Below, in pieces: positions 29,155 through 42,303 of a DNA stretch of 64,000 nucleotides (its first letter is position 1; the number at the start of each line of letters is the position of its first letter). The notes below the pieces were generated by a model. It saw nothing but the letters and a program-made list of their open reading frames with translations. It did no database searches and was not told the DNA's origin. The stretch comes from Octopus vulgaris (lineage: Eukaryota), in NCBI GenBank assembly GCA_951406725.2, contig OX597832.1, positions 25,792,001-25,856,000 of the forward strand, read 5' to 3'. A program made the position numbers and the translations under genes.

Positions 29155-29545
29155 AGCTGGTGCCACGTAAAAAGCAGCCGTGCGTAAAAGCACCCAGTGC
29201 CACTCTGTAAAGTGGTTGGCATTAGGAAGGGCATCCAATCGTAGAGATCAGGCCAAAACAGACATGGAGCCTGAACAGCTCTTCAGAGGGTCAGTTCCGG
29301 TCAAACCATCCCAAACCATGCCCGCAAGGAAGACAGACGTTTGATGATGATGATGATGATGATGATGATTAGGAATTGCATGTTTAGATAGTTTGTGTTT
29401 TGTAGTGGTAGGCATTAGGAAAGACATGCAGCCGTAGAAACCGAGCCAAAACAGGCTGGAATCTGGTGCAGCTCTCTGGCTTACCAGCTCAAATCGTCCA
29501 ACCCATACCAGAATGGAAAACGGATGCTACATGATGATGATGATG
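29155..29545 (+). mobile_element. Two tandem 3' tails of a retroposon ending in (GAT)n
   Basis: The motif GGCATTAGGAAGGGCATCCA..CGTAGA..CCAAAACAG...CCATGCC..CA.GGAA..C.GA occurs twice (29215-29345, 29405-29530), each followed by (TGA)n. Confidence 0.6.
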
Positions 29546-29646
29546 ATGATGATGGTGATGATGATGTGTCAGATTTTCGGAAAAGACACTCGTGTCCATT
29601 TCACTATACCCAACACTGTCGCGGATGTTTTCGTCATCGTTATGGC

Positions 29647-29679
<33 letters not shown>

Positions 29680-29970
29680 GGTGGTGGTGGTTGATGCTAC
29701 CATCAATATTGTTGCTTATGCTGCTGTCGTCTGTCGACACCTGTCAGCCTCCGATCACCGAAGAAAATTAAACGCTAGCAATGTGTACCTTTCTAATGAG
29801 TGAGCTACAACGAATCATCATCTTATATATGTATATATATATATAGGTGTGTGTGTGTGTGTGTGCGCGCGTTTGTGTGTGTATCTATGTATGTGTCTGT
29901 GTGTATATGTATATGTATGTATGTGCGTGTGTATATATATTAGAAAAAGTAAGGTATTCAGAGAGATCTG

Positions 29971-30026
<56 letters not shown>

Positions 30027-30579
30027 TATATACATGTATATATATATATAATTCTTTATTTTTATATAAGTAATTGTTAATGAATCACTTCGTATGTTTT
30101 TAATTAAGAAACAGTTGTCATCGGAGAATTTGACCTTTGAAAAGTAAAAGTCTCCAAGATCTCTTCTGAGACTTATCACCTACCGTAAATCAATCACCAT
30201 CCCCGCCAATGATTAAGGTGTGATCGAACATGTTTTGTATGTGTTTTATATGTGTTGTGTGCGTGTGTGTGTGTGTGTGTTTTTTTCTGTAGGTAGTTAA
30301 TTAAGTGTCAGCACTCTGAGGAGAGCGGTGAGATGGAATATGTTAATTAATCAAGACATTAGCTGAGAGACTTTAACATTGGATCAAACTTGAAAGCTGG
30401 TGGCGGGCTGGAATTAACAGCAATAATATAACGATGGTGGTGGAGGTGGTGGTGATGATGATGATGATGATGATGATGAGGATTTCTGTAATCGGCACCA
30501 GAGCCCATGACATTGAAGACTAAATAAAAAATGAAATAATAATAATAATGATGATGATGATGATAATAATAATAATAAC

Positions 30580-30620
<41 letters not shown>

Positions 30621-30622
30621 TG

Positions 30623-30693
<71 letters not shown>

Positions 30694-30695
<2 letters not shown>

Positions 30696-30783
30696 ATCAC
30701 AACAAATCACAGCACATACCTAAGGCACACAGAGCTGTGCTCGGTAGTGAATTGAAAGCACGCTATAAAAATAAGACTACTGA
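30694..30783 (+). mobile_element. Short 3'-UTR remnant of an (AAT)n-targeting LINE
   Basis: A 90-bp unique segment flanked by (AAT)n on both sides and ending ...ACTACTG(AAT)n. Family assignment is from recall/inference. Confidence 0.4.
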
Positions 30784-30819
30784 ATAATAATAATAATGAT
30801 AATGATAGTAGTAGTAAAA

Positions 30820-31443
30820 ATTGAGTGCCATTGTTATCAAGTGAACGATATTTCGGGATATAGTGTGCCTTCCACAGGTTCAAAAAATAAACTTGTCAAT
30901 CTACTTCGTTTTGGTAATATTTATATGCGATCAATTCTTTTGCAACTGTAACATGTTGGATTTTTAAATGGCCAGTCTTTTTCGAAATGTATGCACTCGC
31001 ATCCATAACATGGATTTGGACGTGGCTCTAGTTTTTGGTTGTACTTTCCGGTCAGCATATCTATATTTTTGAGGAATGCTTTTCTTTAATTTTTGTACAT
31101 CGTGTTTCAGGTTTACCACCCTTTGGCATTCTTCTGCCACAAACTGTAAAGTTAGATCTTGGTTCGCTTGTTCCAATTTAGAAAGAATTCTTGCCCGAAT
31201 TACTGTATCTTCGCTGTAAGGCCTTGTACGAAAATAAGACACTTAAACATCTCAGTTTTAAGGTCTTTGAGTTTAAAACTTTCACAAATCCTGTTGACTG
31301 TTCCTACGTATGTGATAAAGTCATCTTTCTCTTCCTTCCTTGTATTCCAACACTCAATTCGAGTGTTAAATAGAGAGGTTTTATCACCGAAAATCTTAGA
31401 CGGTAATTCTATTGTTTCTTTAAAACAAATTTCACTGTTTTAA
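30820..31443 (-). mobile_element. Gypsy-type LTR retrotransposon gag relic (K02A2.6-like)
   Basis: KIFGDKTSLFNTRIECWNTRKEEKDDFITYVGTVNRICESFKL...FKCLIFVQGL / IRARILSKLEQANQDLTLQFVAEECQRVVNLKHD. Decayed zinc knuckles (PCYGC..HFEKDWPFKNPTCYSC) and a possible integrase scrap NNGTQF follow. Confidence 0.8.
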
Positions 31444-31445
31444 AT

Positions 31446-31899
31446 GATATTGTTGTTTGGGACAGAGGAGCAAAGGTATGTACCATCATAGAGGTTAGCT
31501 GCTCTACAGATACGAATATCTCTGAAAATCAAAGAAGGAGAGGATTTCTAAGAACAACTGCTTCGAAACCTCCAGCTTCTAGATCCAGACTATGAATTTA
31601 TATTCATACCAATAGTAATTGGAGCACTGGGTTTTGTTAGTTAATGCTTAAAAGAGAATCTGGATAAACTGAGATTTTCAGAAAGAGAAATCGACCGGTT
31701 AATTCGTACAGTAAAAATATGCAAGACTTTTCTCAAGTTCGAAAAGTGAATTTTTCGTACAGTAAAAATATGCAAGACTTTTCTCAAGTTCGAAAAGTGA
31801 ATTTTTTCTGTGTTAACTACATCCTAAAGATGGGGCCTTGTATCTTTGTTGGAAACCGGCTCCCTCCGCAGTGGAAAATTTATATTTATTAAAAAACAG
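31446..31899 (+). mobile_element. R4/Dong-like non-LTR retrotransposon 3' end (restriction-like endonuclease domain)
   Basis: DIVVWDRGAKVCTIIEVSC..D.NI / LLRNLQLLDPDYEFIFIPIVIGALG...VKICKTFLKFEK*, matching the PD..(D/E) RLE domain. A 51-bp tandem duplication spans 31703-31804. Confidence 0.8.
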
Positions 31900-32252
31900 A
31901 AGAGACATACATACATACATGCATACATACACACATACTTAATAGATACATATACATATATATATATGTACATATGTAAATATACATGTACATATATATA
32001 TACATGTATATATATATATATGTGTGTGTATGTGTGTAATTACATTCTGTGAAGTCATTCGATGCCTATGTGTACTTTAATTACTGTCTATGCAGAAAAT
32101 TTCTTCTCTAAGTCAATTACCGTAGCAAATACCACTTTCGAGTGTGTACCAGGTGTCTTCGTCCGAAATATATTGATTTTCATAAACGAGAAGCTTTACA
32201 ACTAAACACTTTATCATAAGTGGCATACGTCTTTCTGGACATATTGATAAAA

Positions 32253-32307
<55 letters not shown>

Positions 32308-32314
32308 TATATAC

Positions 32315-32360
<46 letters not shown>

Positions 32361-32379
32361 ATATGTATATATATATATG

Positions 32380-32481
<102 letters not shown>

Positions 32482-32510
32482 TATGTATATACATTAGATA
32501 GATAGATAGT

Positions 32511-32585
<75 letters not shown>

Positions 32586-33344
32586 CAGATACACATATAT
32601 ATATATGCACGCACACATGTATATATATACACACACACACGTATACATGAATATATATTTATACGCATAAGTATGAATATATGCATGTATATATGCATAT
32701 ATATAATGTATATTTGTATATATTATATATATATTTCCTGAGAGCACATACAGCCAGGAGTGCGCACAAGCGTGTGTATGCATGTGAGGAGTTGTAATAA
32801 TTAATATTCTATTCCTGAGAATGTATTTCTTTAATTTGCTCTCATTGTCGTTACAGTATTTGTAGCGTTTAAAGCGACGAGCTAGCAGAATCGTTAGCAC
32901 ACCGGGCGAAATGCGTAGCCGTATTTCGTCTGCCGCTACGTTCTGAGTTTAAATTCCGCCGAGGTCGACTTTGCTTTTCATCCTTTCGGGGTCGATAAAT
33001 TAAGTACCAGTTACGCACTGCGTCGATGTAATCGACTTAATCAATAAAAACTCAGAGCAAAATACCGTTAAACATTTCGTACAACGTAATAACGTAAGCT
33101 CACCGTCTTAAAATTCAAATATATTCTTTTCTACTCTAGGCACAAGGCCCGAAATGTTTGAGGCGGGGACCAGTCGCTTAGATCGACCCCAGTACGCAAC
33201 TGGTTCTTAATTTATCGACCTCGAAAGGATGAAAGGCAAAGGCAACCACGGCGGAATTTTAACTCAGAACGAAAATACAGACGAAATACGGCTACGCATT
33301 TCGCCCGGTGTGCTAACGTTTCTGCCAGCTCACCGCCTTAGAGT

Positions 33345-33410
<66 letters not shown>

Positions 33411-33820
33411 CTAACAAAATCTTTTTATTGGCTCAAGCTTTCTAACACAATCTACTAAGAACTGAAAACTTCGTATAACTTGGTATGAAACTTACCCTGC
33501 AGCCCTCACATTTCCCGATCTTATAAATCCTATTCTCCCTTTATTTGTTGAATCAAAAGTTTTCTCAGAACCCACCAACGTACTGTGCTCTGACAAGGTT
33601 GTTTCCCAACCAAGTACATTTTATCAATAACTTAGCTTCCGTTTACGTCTCCTTCACTCTTCATTTTGTATCTACACGATCTTCTAGTTTATAATCTCAA
33701 CACAAACACAACCTATACTACATAAAGCTTATCATTCAATCTTTCTTCCTCCTAAAATATATAAGACATTTGCACAAAACTACGAAACGAATACTTTTTA
33801 TGTACGAAACTACCACTTAC

Positions 33821-34025
33821 TAGCTTTCTTTGGAAAGATGTTCTGAGGCTGCTCAATCGCCTGCGTCAGGGCTCGCTTAGATCGATCACGCCATATGCAA
33901 AGTGCAACAATGCGATACGGTGTGTATTTGCTGCACGGATCTATACGGTAAGCGCTTGATAATATCCAACACAGCACAAAGACCGCTACTGTCGTCGACC
34001 AAAACCGGAACGATGTGAATGCCAT
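33821..34025 (-). CDS. Insulin/relaxin-like peptide precursor, first coding exon (signal peptide, B chain, start of C-peptide)
   Basis: Translates MAFTSFRFWSTTVAVFVLCWILSSA|YRIDPCSKYTPYRIVALCIWRD-RSKR-ALTQAIEQPQNIFPKKA. It has a hydrophobic signal peptide ending S-S-A, C-x11-C B-chain spacing and a furin-type RSKR. A pyrimidine tract + TAG acceptor lies directly before the ATG, and a consensus donor A|GTAAGT at 33821/33820 is in phase 1. Confidence 0.85.
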
Positions 34026-34622
34026 CTACAGAAAAAGAAAAATAATAATACGAATTTAAATACACGTGGATAAAATTTTACCAAGTTATGAAATCGTTGT
34101 GAACTTTTAATCAGATGTAAGTATTCATTGTTATTCTCTTCGCAAACTGAAAAATAAAGGAGATTGCCCTGACTTGTTCTTACAAAATCACTATTCACAT
34201 CAACCGTACAGTTTCACATGGAAGCCTTTAAAAACTACATTTTAAATATTTTTAATAATTTTAATTTATCTCAAGTTTTTTTTTTAACACATGCTATTTT
34301 GTGTGTAATTAATTAACAATGACTTAATCAATGAACCGGTAAACGCATGCCATGAAAATTAAACTAGCAACGATAGCCAATGTGTAACTTGTGTATGATA
34401 TAAAGAGTTACTTCCCATAAATTCTTTTCACAAGAAGAACAGGGATGGACTAGTACGCTTGAGTTGTCAACCGATCAGGAAGCTTGTCAGAACAATCTCC
34501 TTTCTTTTTTTAGGAGCGAAGAGAATAACATTATGTATTTATATATGATTATATTTTCACAGCTGTGAATTTAAAAGCCTAGTACTGCATCAGGGCAGTT
34601 ATTATTATTATTATCATCATCG

Positions 34623-34684
<62 letters not shown>

Positions 34685-35360
34685 GCTATTGTTATTAAGC
34701 TGACAAAGGTGGTGAGCTAGCAGAAACGTTAGCACGCCAGGCAAAATGCTTAGCGGTATTTCGTCTGCCATTACGTTCTGAGTTCAAATTCCGCCAAGGT
34801 CGACTTTGCCTTTCATCCTTTCGGGGTCGATAAATTAAGTACCGGTTACGCACTGGGGTCGATATAATCGATTTAATCCGTTTGTCTGTCCTTGTTTGTC
34901 CCTTCTGTGTTTAGCCCCTTTAGGGTAGTAAAGAGATAGGTACTTCGTCTGTCTTTATGTTCTGAGTTCAAATGCCATCAAGGGGGACTTTGCCTTTCAT
35001 TCTTTCGAGGTCGATAAAATAAGTACCAATTGAATATTGGGATCAATGTAATGAACTCGTACCCTACTCCAAAATCGCTGCCTTTGTAGCAAAATGTGAA
35101 ACCATTAGCATTATTATTATAATTTTGTATAAATATGCATTATTTACAACTAATAACTAGTAATATAAGGCATATTTCAACGTATTTTCCGTTATTTGGC
35201 TGTGTGGTAAGTAGCTTGCTTACCAGCCACATGGTTCCGGGCTCAGTCTCACTGCGTGGAACCTTGGGCAAGTGTCTTCTACTATAGTCTCGGACCGACC
35301 AAAGCCTTGTCAGTGGATTTGATAGACGGAAACTGAAAGAAGCCCGTCGTATATATATAT

Positions 35361-36150
35361 AATAATAATATTAGGGAATAAATCCAAACTTACAGGGAAA
35401 AATTAGATTTAGGATTAAATCCAATTTTATAGTATAAATATATTATATTATATTATATTATATTATATTAGAGATAAAAGCACTATTAGGCAAATCAAAC
35501 AGTGAAAAACATAAGCCAATACATAAAATTAATTTAAAAATATAAAAGTTAAAATTTTTTAAATTATTTAAATAATTTAAACTTATAAATTTTAAATATA
35601 TATATATACAAATATATATATATACATATATATATGTATGTATATTTTTATATTTATGTATTATTTTATTTATTGATTTATTTTTTTTTAATTATATAAA
35701 TATCAAAAGTATTAAAAGTTTAATAAAAGATAAAAAGTAAAACACTACGATCGTTTCATGGCTGTACCAATTCGAATAACAATAATTTAAATTCAATTAA
35801 TAATTCGAATTATGGTTACAGTCAATCTTCAGGTTAATTGAAATATTTTTAAAATAATCAGAAATACTTAAACAATATTTTTAAGATATAAATAATATAA
35901 TATAATATAATACCCCCCTACTGTCACGTTCGTGTTAGATTGACAGTATACAACCATTCAATAATATAATAATTTTACTTATAATAAACTCTATTATCAA
36001 ACTAGAAACTTAAAACTTAACGATTATGATTATATCAAAATCGATTATAATGTTAAATATTAATTTTAATTTTTAAGGTAAGAAACCCACCAATAATCTA
36101 ATATCGGTAATAGTCTATATCTAATTACATAAATATTTAAAAAAGAAAAA
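35361..36150 (-). mobile_element. AT-rich Penelope-like terminal remnant inserted in a SINE
   Basis: Carries a hammerhead motif. It shares ATAATATTAGGGA and TAGAGATAAAA.CACTATTA.GCAA.TCAA with the small element at 2225-2395. Confidence 0.6.
35741..35836 (-). ncRNA. Hammerhead motif with long stem II
   Basis: CTGAAGA-ttgactgta...tacagccat-GAAA-CGATCG-TA. The core is intact; stems I and II carry mismatches. Confidence 0.6.
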
Positions 36151-37584
36151 AAAATGTTTGTATGTATATATTATCCTTTTATCCTTTTACTAGTTTCAGT
36201 CACTGGACTGTGGCCATGCTGGAGCATCACCTAATATATATATATATATATATATATTGTGTGTGTGTGTTTATGTAGGTGTGTGCGTGTTTATGTGTCT
36301 GTGTTTGTCCTCCACCATCGCTTGACAACCGATGTTGGTGTGTTTACGTCCCCCGTAACGTAGCGGTTCGGCAAAAGAACCGATAAAATAAGTACTATGC
36401 TTACAAAAATTAATAAGTCATGGGTCGATTTGTTCGACTAAATGCGGTACTCCAGCATGGCCGCAGTCAAATGACTGAAACAAGTAAAAGAATAAAAGAA
36501 TATATATACATACACACACTCCTTCACCCGCCCGCACCATGGCAGTCAGACCAAAATATTACATATACATCACAGCAACATTTCGTTTTTGGATTTGGTT
36601 TGCAGCCGTAATCTCGATGAAAAGTTATTTTATTTTTACATTTTATATAAGAAAAATACATTAGATAACTATTTTGTCTTAATTTTGAATAAGCATTTTA
36701 TATACATTATATATTAATTAAAAAGTTAAGTATATTTTGTATAAACATTTTATTATAATTTAAAGTAAATATTTTACAGAGTCAAAAATAAATATTCTAT
36801 AGAGTCAAAACTATTGAAAATGTTGCAAGACGCAACGAGAATTTTAGAAAAATAAAAAAGAAATAAGTGGAAATTTTACCGGTGTGTGTGTTAAATTATA
36901 AGTCACTAAAAGAGAATTACTCTCTCCAAACACAACATTTTATAGAATTTATATAGAAGTATAACAATATTTTGTATATTCCCTATTTTATTTTATATGA
37001 ATAATATATCGAATATAAAAGAAATAATTTAAATAAATATCTTTATATTTTAAATAAATATTTTGTATGAATAAAAATTAAGAATTTTGAATTCATGTTT
37101 TATTTTAATTCAAAATAAATATTTGATATGAATTCTGCAGTGAATAAAATGAATAAATATTTTACATGAAATTTGATTCAGAAGCCGATTCTTTAATTGT
37201 TTTGCATTTACTCTTTGAGATATTTTATCCGTATCTTTCGTTTTCCTTTTCTTGAATAAAATTGTATCATAAATAAAAATTATTCTAGTAACTAGTATTA
37301 ATAATTTTTCTTTAAGACACGTCATGTTGATAGAGACAGCTGAAATACATAGCTTCGAGTTGGTTGAAAAATAAATAATTCCACAGCGATAATGGTAAAC
37401 CCTTTTCAATGCAGATACAGGAATTCTATACAACTACTGCACACATAAATCAGAGAGTGTTCATGCTTTGGAACCAGATATCAACCACAAACGCTTCTCA
37501 ACATCATCCGACAATCACCTCTGGCACACAGAAAAAATTGTTTCTTATCTCTATGTCTTCTGTCATTACTATAACGCCATTAAG

Positions 37585-38133
37585 ATGGCGATCTGGCAGA
37601 AACGGTAACACGCTGGGCGAAATGCTTAGCGGTATTTCGTCTGCCTTTACGTTCTGAGTTCAAATTCCGCCGAGGTCGACTTTGCCTTTCACCCTTTCGG
37701 GGTCGATTAAATAAGTACCAGTTACGCACTGGGGTCGATATAATCGACTTAATCCGTTTGTCTGTCCTTGTTTGTCTTCTCTGTGTTTAGCCCCTTGTGG
37801 GTAGTAAGGAAATAGGTATTTCGTCTGCAGCTACGTCCTGAGTTCAAATTCCGCCGAGGTCGACTTTGCCTTTCATCCTTTCGGGGTCGATTAAATAAGT
37901 ACCAGTTGTGCACTGGAGTAGATTTCTTCGACTAAACACAGGGAGGACAAACAAGGACAGACAAACGGATTAAGTCGATTATATCGACCCCAATGCGTAA
38001 CTGATACTTAATTTATCGACCCCGAAAGGATGAAAGGCAAAGTCGACCTCGGCAGAATTTAAACGTAAAGACAGACAAAATACCGCAAGGCATTTCGCCC
38101 GGCGTGCTTAACGTTTCTGCCAGCTCGTCGCTT
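37585..38133. mobile_element. SINE family B copies joined tail-to-tail (foldback)
   Basis: A plus-strand dimer at 37585-37932 is directly followed by a minus-strand copy at 37933-38133. Confidence 0.85.
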
Positions 38134-38464
38134 TACCGAATAGACTTAATAACAAGATGACATTAGAGTCTAATACGGAGCTTAACTCATCGTGTGCATC
38201 CTGTTTAACAAAGAATGAGCGATTCACCACGCAAACTTTTCACTTGGGTACATAAAACGAAAAGGCTCTCTTGAGGTCGTGTACTAACTATCCATTCGAT
38301 TATGATTCTCGTAAAATTGTAATTCAGAGCCAATGATATTTAATCAATATCGCCAATAATTTGCAAATCAACACACACGAAACTTTTCCCACGTAACTCT
38401 AGCACACCGGCCATTATCATCAGCCAAGCAGAAAACAGAAGATAATGGCCCTATTTCGTCTACG

Positions 38465-38500
38465 TTTATAAAGTGTAGGAAATGTATTGCAGTCACGTGA
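38465..38500 (-). promoter_or_regulatory. Candidate promoter (TCACGTGA E-box followed by TATAAA) for an upstream non-coding exon
   Basis: TCACGTGA at 38493-38500 and minus-strand TATAAA at 38465-38470 lie in unique sequence 4.4 kb upstream of the ATG exon. The acceptor before the ATG implies an upstream exon exists. Confidence 0.2.
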
Positions 38501-38534
38501 TCGTTGAGTGTGAACATTAACACACACACACGCA

Positions 38535-38628
<94 letters not shown>

Positions 38629-38933
38629 TATATATGAATATATATATATATATATTCATATATATATATATATTATATATATGTGTGTGTGTGTATATAT
38701 ACATTTACCTCTCTCTCTATATATATATGCCTATGTATATAGATACACACACACATCTGCATATATGCTTCTACATGTGTATGTATGCAGGCTCGTTCAT
38801 ATAGGTATACATATGTATGTGTGTATGTATATATGTATGTTTACATATATATACGTATATATATATATGCATATATATATGTATATACCTATATACATGT
38901 GTGTGTGTGTGTATGCATGTATATGCAAATATA

Positions 38934-38983
<50 letters not shown>

Positions 38984-39034
38984 CTTATGGCTAAGATCAA
39001 GGTCTAGTATCTACTCTTGACAGTTTGATGTGTG

Positions 39035-39068
<34 letters not shown>

Positions 39069-39335
39069 AGTATATTTGTTTTGTTTAGCACTGTGATTAG
39101 AAACAATAGCTTCACGCCGGCATCGCAAGACGATAATGTCAGCGAGACGCAAGTGAGAAATATTAGTTTCTCATTTCTCTTTTTTAATAACAGTATTAAA
39201 TTACTCCTTTTAAATATCAACTCTTTTTGAAACTGCAGAACAAATGCTATAGATACACCGCCATTAATTGTACAATGAATACACACCGTACGCACACACA
39301 CACATACATAGACACACGTACGTACGAAAAAAAAA

Positions 39336-39436
<101 letters not shown>

Positions 39437-40717
39437 TGTGTGCGAGCAGAGAGAGAGAGAGAGAGAGAAGCACAATTTTAAAGGCTTAAGTTGCAGTGAA
39501 AACTATAATTTATATTGTTTAATTAGACAGATCATTAATTCGTGCAGAATAAGACCCAGTATAGTATGAGACAACATGATATGCTCCCCATGGTTGCTGG
39601 ACTTGTCAAAAACATTTGCCGATTCGCTTTCAGAAGCTTACGAATATGAAAAACGCGTTAACTAAAGGAGGAAAGAACGCTCGAAACACAACAAGGTTCT
39701 GACTGGAAAGCATTTGACCATTGGCTTCTATGATCCTAGTTGAACTGAGTACCATTCTACAACAACAGCAACAACAATGGCGTGCTAGGAGCAGTAAACC
39801 AACCGCATGTCCATCAATTGGGAGCGCTATTAATTGGTTTCGTATTTGCATTGATGTTGTGTGTAGTCGATTAAACAGAATGAACTTTAAACTTTTGATT
39901 ATCTTCTCAAAAGTTAGACGTCGTGAGTGAAAACGAAACCCACCAGAATTTTAAATACTGATTGTAGACGGTCTTTCCTAATTTCACATTCTCTCATGCA
40001 ATATCCTCATAGAGAAAGCATTCAACCTATGATGTCCACTGGGAGATCGTTGAAAATGTGGAAGTGAAAGATGTGACCTATGTACAGCGGATAAAAGGCT
40101 AATCGCAAAATATTTACCAATATTACTATATTTAAACAATATTTAAATGTTAAATCTGGGCGTTTGAGAAAATGCAGTCTGACCTGGGACTAATTAACCA
40201 CATCTATGACCTTATATCATTCTACCAAATCAATACTAGTTGAAACAAATAACATGAGCAGATGACTAAGTCAGATGAAGAACGGACAAAATACTAAAAT
40301 AAAAGAAAAGAATAAACGTCCGAGGAAGAGTTTATCTTTTCGTTTATCTATCGATTTTATCTATCGATTTTATCCACCCGTGATAAAAAAGTTTTGATTT
40401 GCATCAACTTTAGATAATAAAAATACACTGGCTTCACATCCAGTAAACGGTTTCGTTCAATATTTTATAATGAATATTCACGTCCCAAAATTCCTTTAAC
40501 AATGCCAAAATCATATATGTGTGTTATGTGGTTGAGGGGGGATGTATGTGTATGCATGTATGTGTGTGTGTGTGCATAGGTGTGTGTGTGTATATGCAAA
40601 CATATATACCCACATATGTATATTCATCCGAAAGTATGTACGTAGGTATGCATCTGTGTATTTTTGTCTTGAATGTATATATATATGTGTGTGTGTACTT
40701 ATGTATATATATATTTT

Positions 40718-40753
<36 letters not shown>

Positions 40754-40755
40754 AA

Positions 40756-40793
<38 letters not shown>

Positions 40794-40858
40794 TCAATTT
40801 AGGGTAGCAAAAAATTCAATAGAAATTTATCGCTACCAGCGGCCTTATATATATATAA

Positions 40859-40913
<55 letters not shown>

Positions 40914-41240
40914 TATATATGTATGTATGTATAAGTATATATATGTATATATATGTGTGTATGTATGTATGTATGTATGTATGTATGTATGTATGTATGC
41001 ATAAATTATTTAAAGTGTATTCCGTTAGGAATGTATTAAAGTACAAAATAGAGCCCGTTCAGCCTTACAATTACCAGATAGCCGGTAGTATTCCAACTCT
41101 AGGCTTAGGCATTCATCGTGTGGGAAAAATAAAAATTGAAAAAATAGAGTCGAGAAGAAGGAGTTTAGACAACTATTTAATAAATGCTACACATGTTTCC
41201 AGGGACTAGTTTCAGGGTAATTGCTTTTCTTCAATCTGGA

Positions 41241-41295
<55 letters not shown>

Positions 41296-41340
41296 TGTGT
41301 GTGTGTTTGTAGAAGGTTTAAAAGGAACACACGAGTTGAT

Positions 41341-41660
41341 ATATATGGAAAAAAGTAAAGATAGAAAATGCTAAAATAATTTTATGAAAACCATTTCAGT
41401 ACCGGTTTCAGTCATTGAGACTTTTTCAACTATACAAGAGTAAACAAGAGAGACAGAGACTGGCAGAAACAAGAAAAATGCCACTTGTATTTGAACACTA
41501 TACAAATATTCTTTTGAAAAAACTTTTCATTTAATTTTTCTAAATTTAATTGTTTAGTTGTTACAGTTGAAAAAGTTTCAACGTTTGAAACCGGTACTGA
41601 AATGTTTTTTATAAAATTATTTTAGCATTTTCTACCTTGACTTTTTTTCCATATATATAT
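41341..41660. mobile_element. (TA)n-associated inverted-repeat element with hammerheads
   Basis: About 90-bp inverted arms (41341-41432 / 41564-41656). A second family member lies at 61400-61614. Confidence 0.7.
41397..41432 (-). ncRNA. Minimal hammerhead with U3-A8 core variant
   Basis: TAG-TTGAAAA-AGTC tcaat GACT-GAAA-CCGG-TA-CTG. A second inverted copy at 41564-41599 (+) has the same TTGAAAA core. Confidence 0.65.
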
Positions 41661-42028
41661 ATATGGATGTACTAAATTATTTGTTTTAGAGAAATGTAAG
41701 GGCCAGTATGAATGTCTAATTGTGTTTTGTTCTATATTTTATTCTATTCTGTTCGTGCAGAATAGAATAATAGAATATTTTGTGTTTTTATTTCATCGTG
41801 TTTTATTCGTGCATTACATTTCATTTTATTTATTTAATTTATTGATTCCTTGTTCTTCTATTCTTGAATACTTAATTTTATTGCTTATATCAATACAATT
41901 CTTTTATTGTTTCTCAGTTCCTTACGGAGAGGGAAAGTATGCTACACTTATCAAAATGTATTGAGATACACATAAGCGAAACGGTCGGTAAAAACCAAGT
42001 TACTTTTTGAAGAGACACATGAAAAGAC

Positions 42029-42059
<31 letters not shown>

Positions 42060-42110
42060 CGTATGTATATATGTATATATGAGGACGTGTGTGTGTCTGT
42101 ACATATATAT

Positions 42111-42253
42111 ATAGTAATACTTCACTTTACGAGGATCCGCTTTGCGAAACACCTGGTTTACGACTTTTTACGAGTATTGTTTTTTGTTTACGAGTTTTCG
42201 CTTTGCGAGTGCTTCCTGGGAACGAATTAACTCGAATATCGTGGCGTTACTAT
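42111..42253. mobile_element. Small decayed Tigger/pogo-like MITE
   Basis: Imperfect TIRs TAGTAATACTTCACTTTACGAG / CTCGAATATCGTGGCGTTACTA and repeated TTACGAG subterminal motifs. Confidence 0.4.
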
Positions 42254-42272
42254 TTAATAATAATAATAACAA

Positions 42273-42303
<31 letters not shown>

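Larger units (their letters stand above)
35198..36500 (+). mobile_element. SINE family A split by an insertion
   Basis: 5' half at 35198-35350 and 3' half at about 36290-36500. Confidence 0.8.

Noticed and set aside
38409-38450. 10-bp hairpin GGCCATTATC/GATAATGGCC overlapping a CTGATGA
   Set aside because: No correctly placed GAAA; short enough to be chance.
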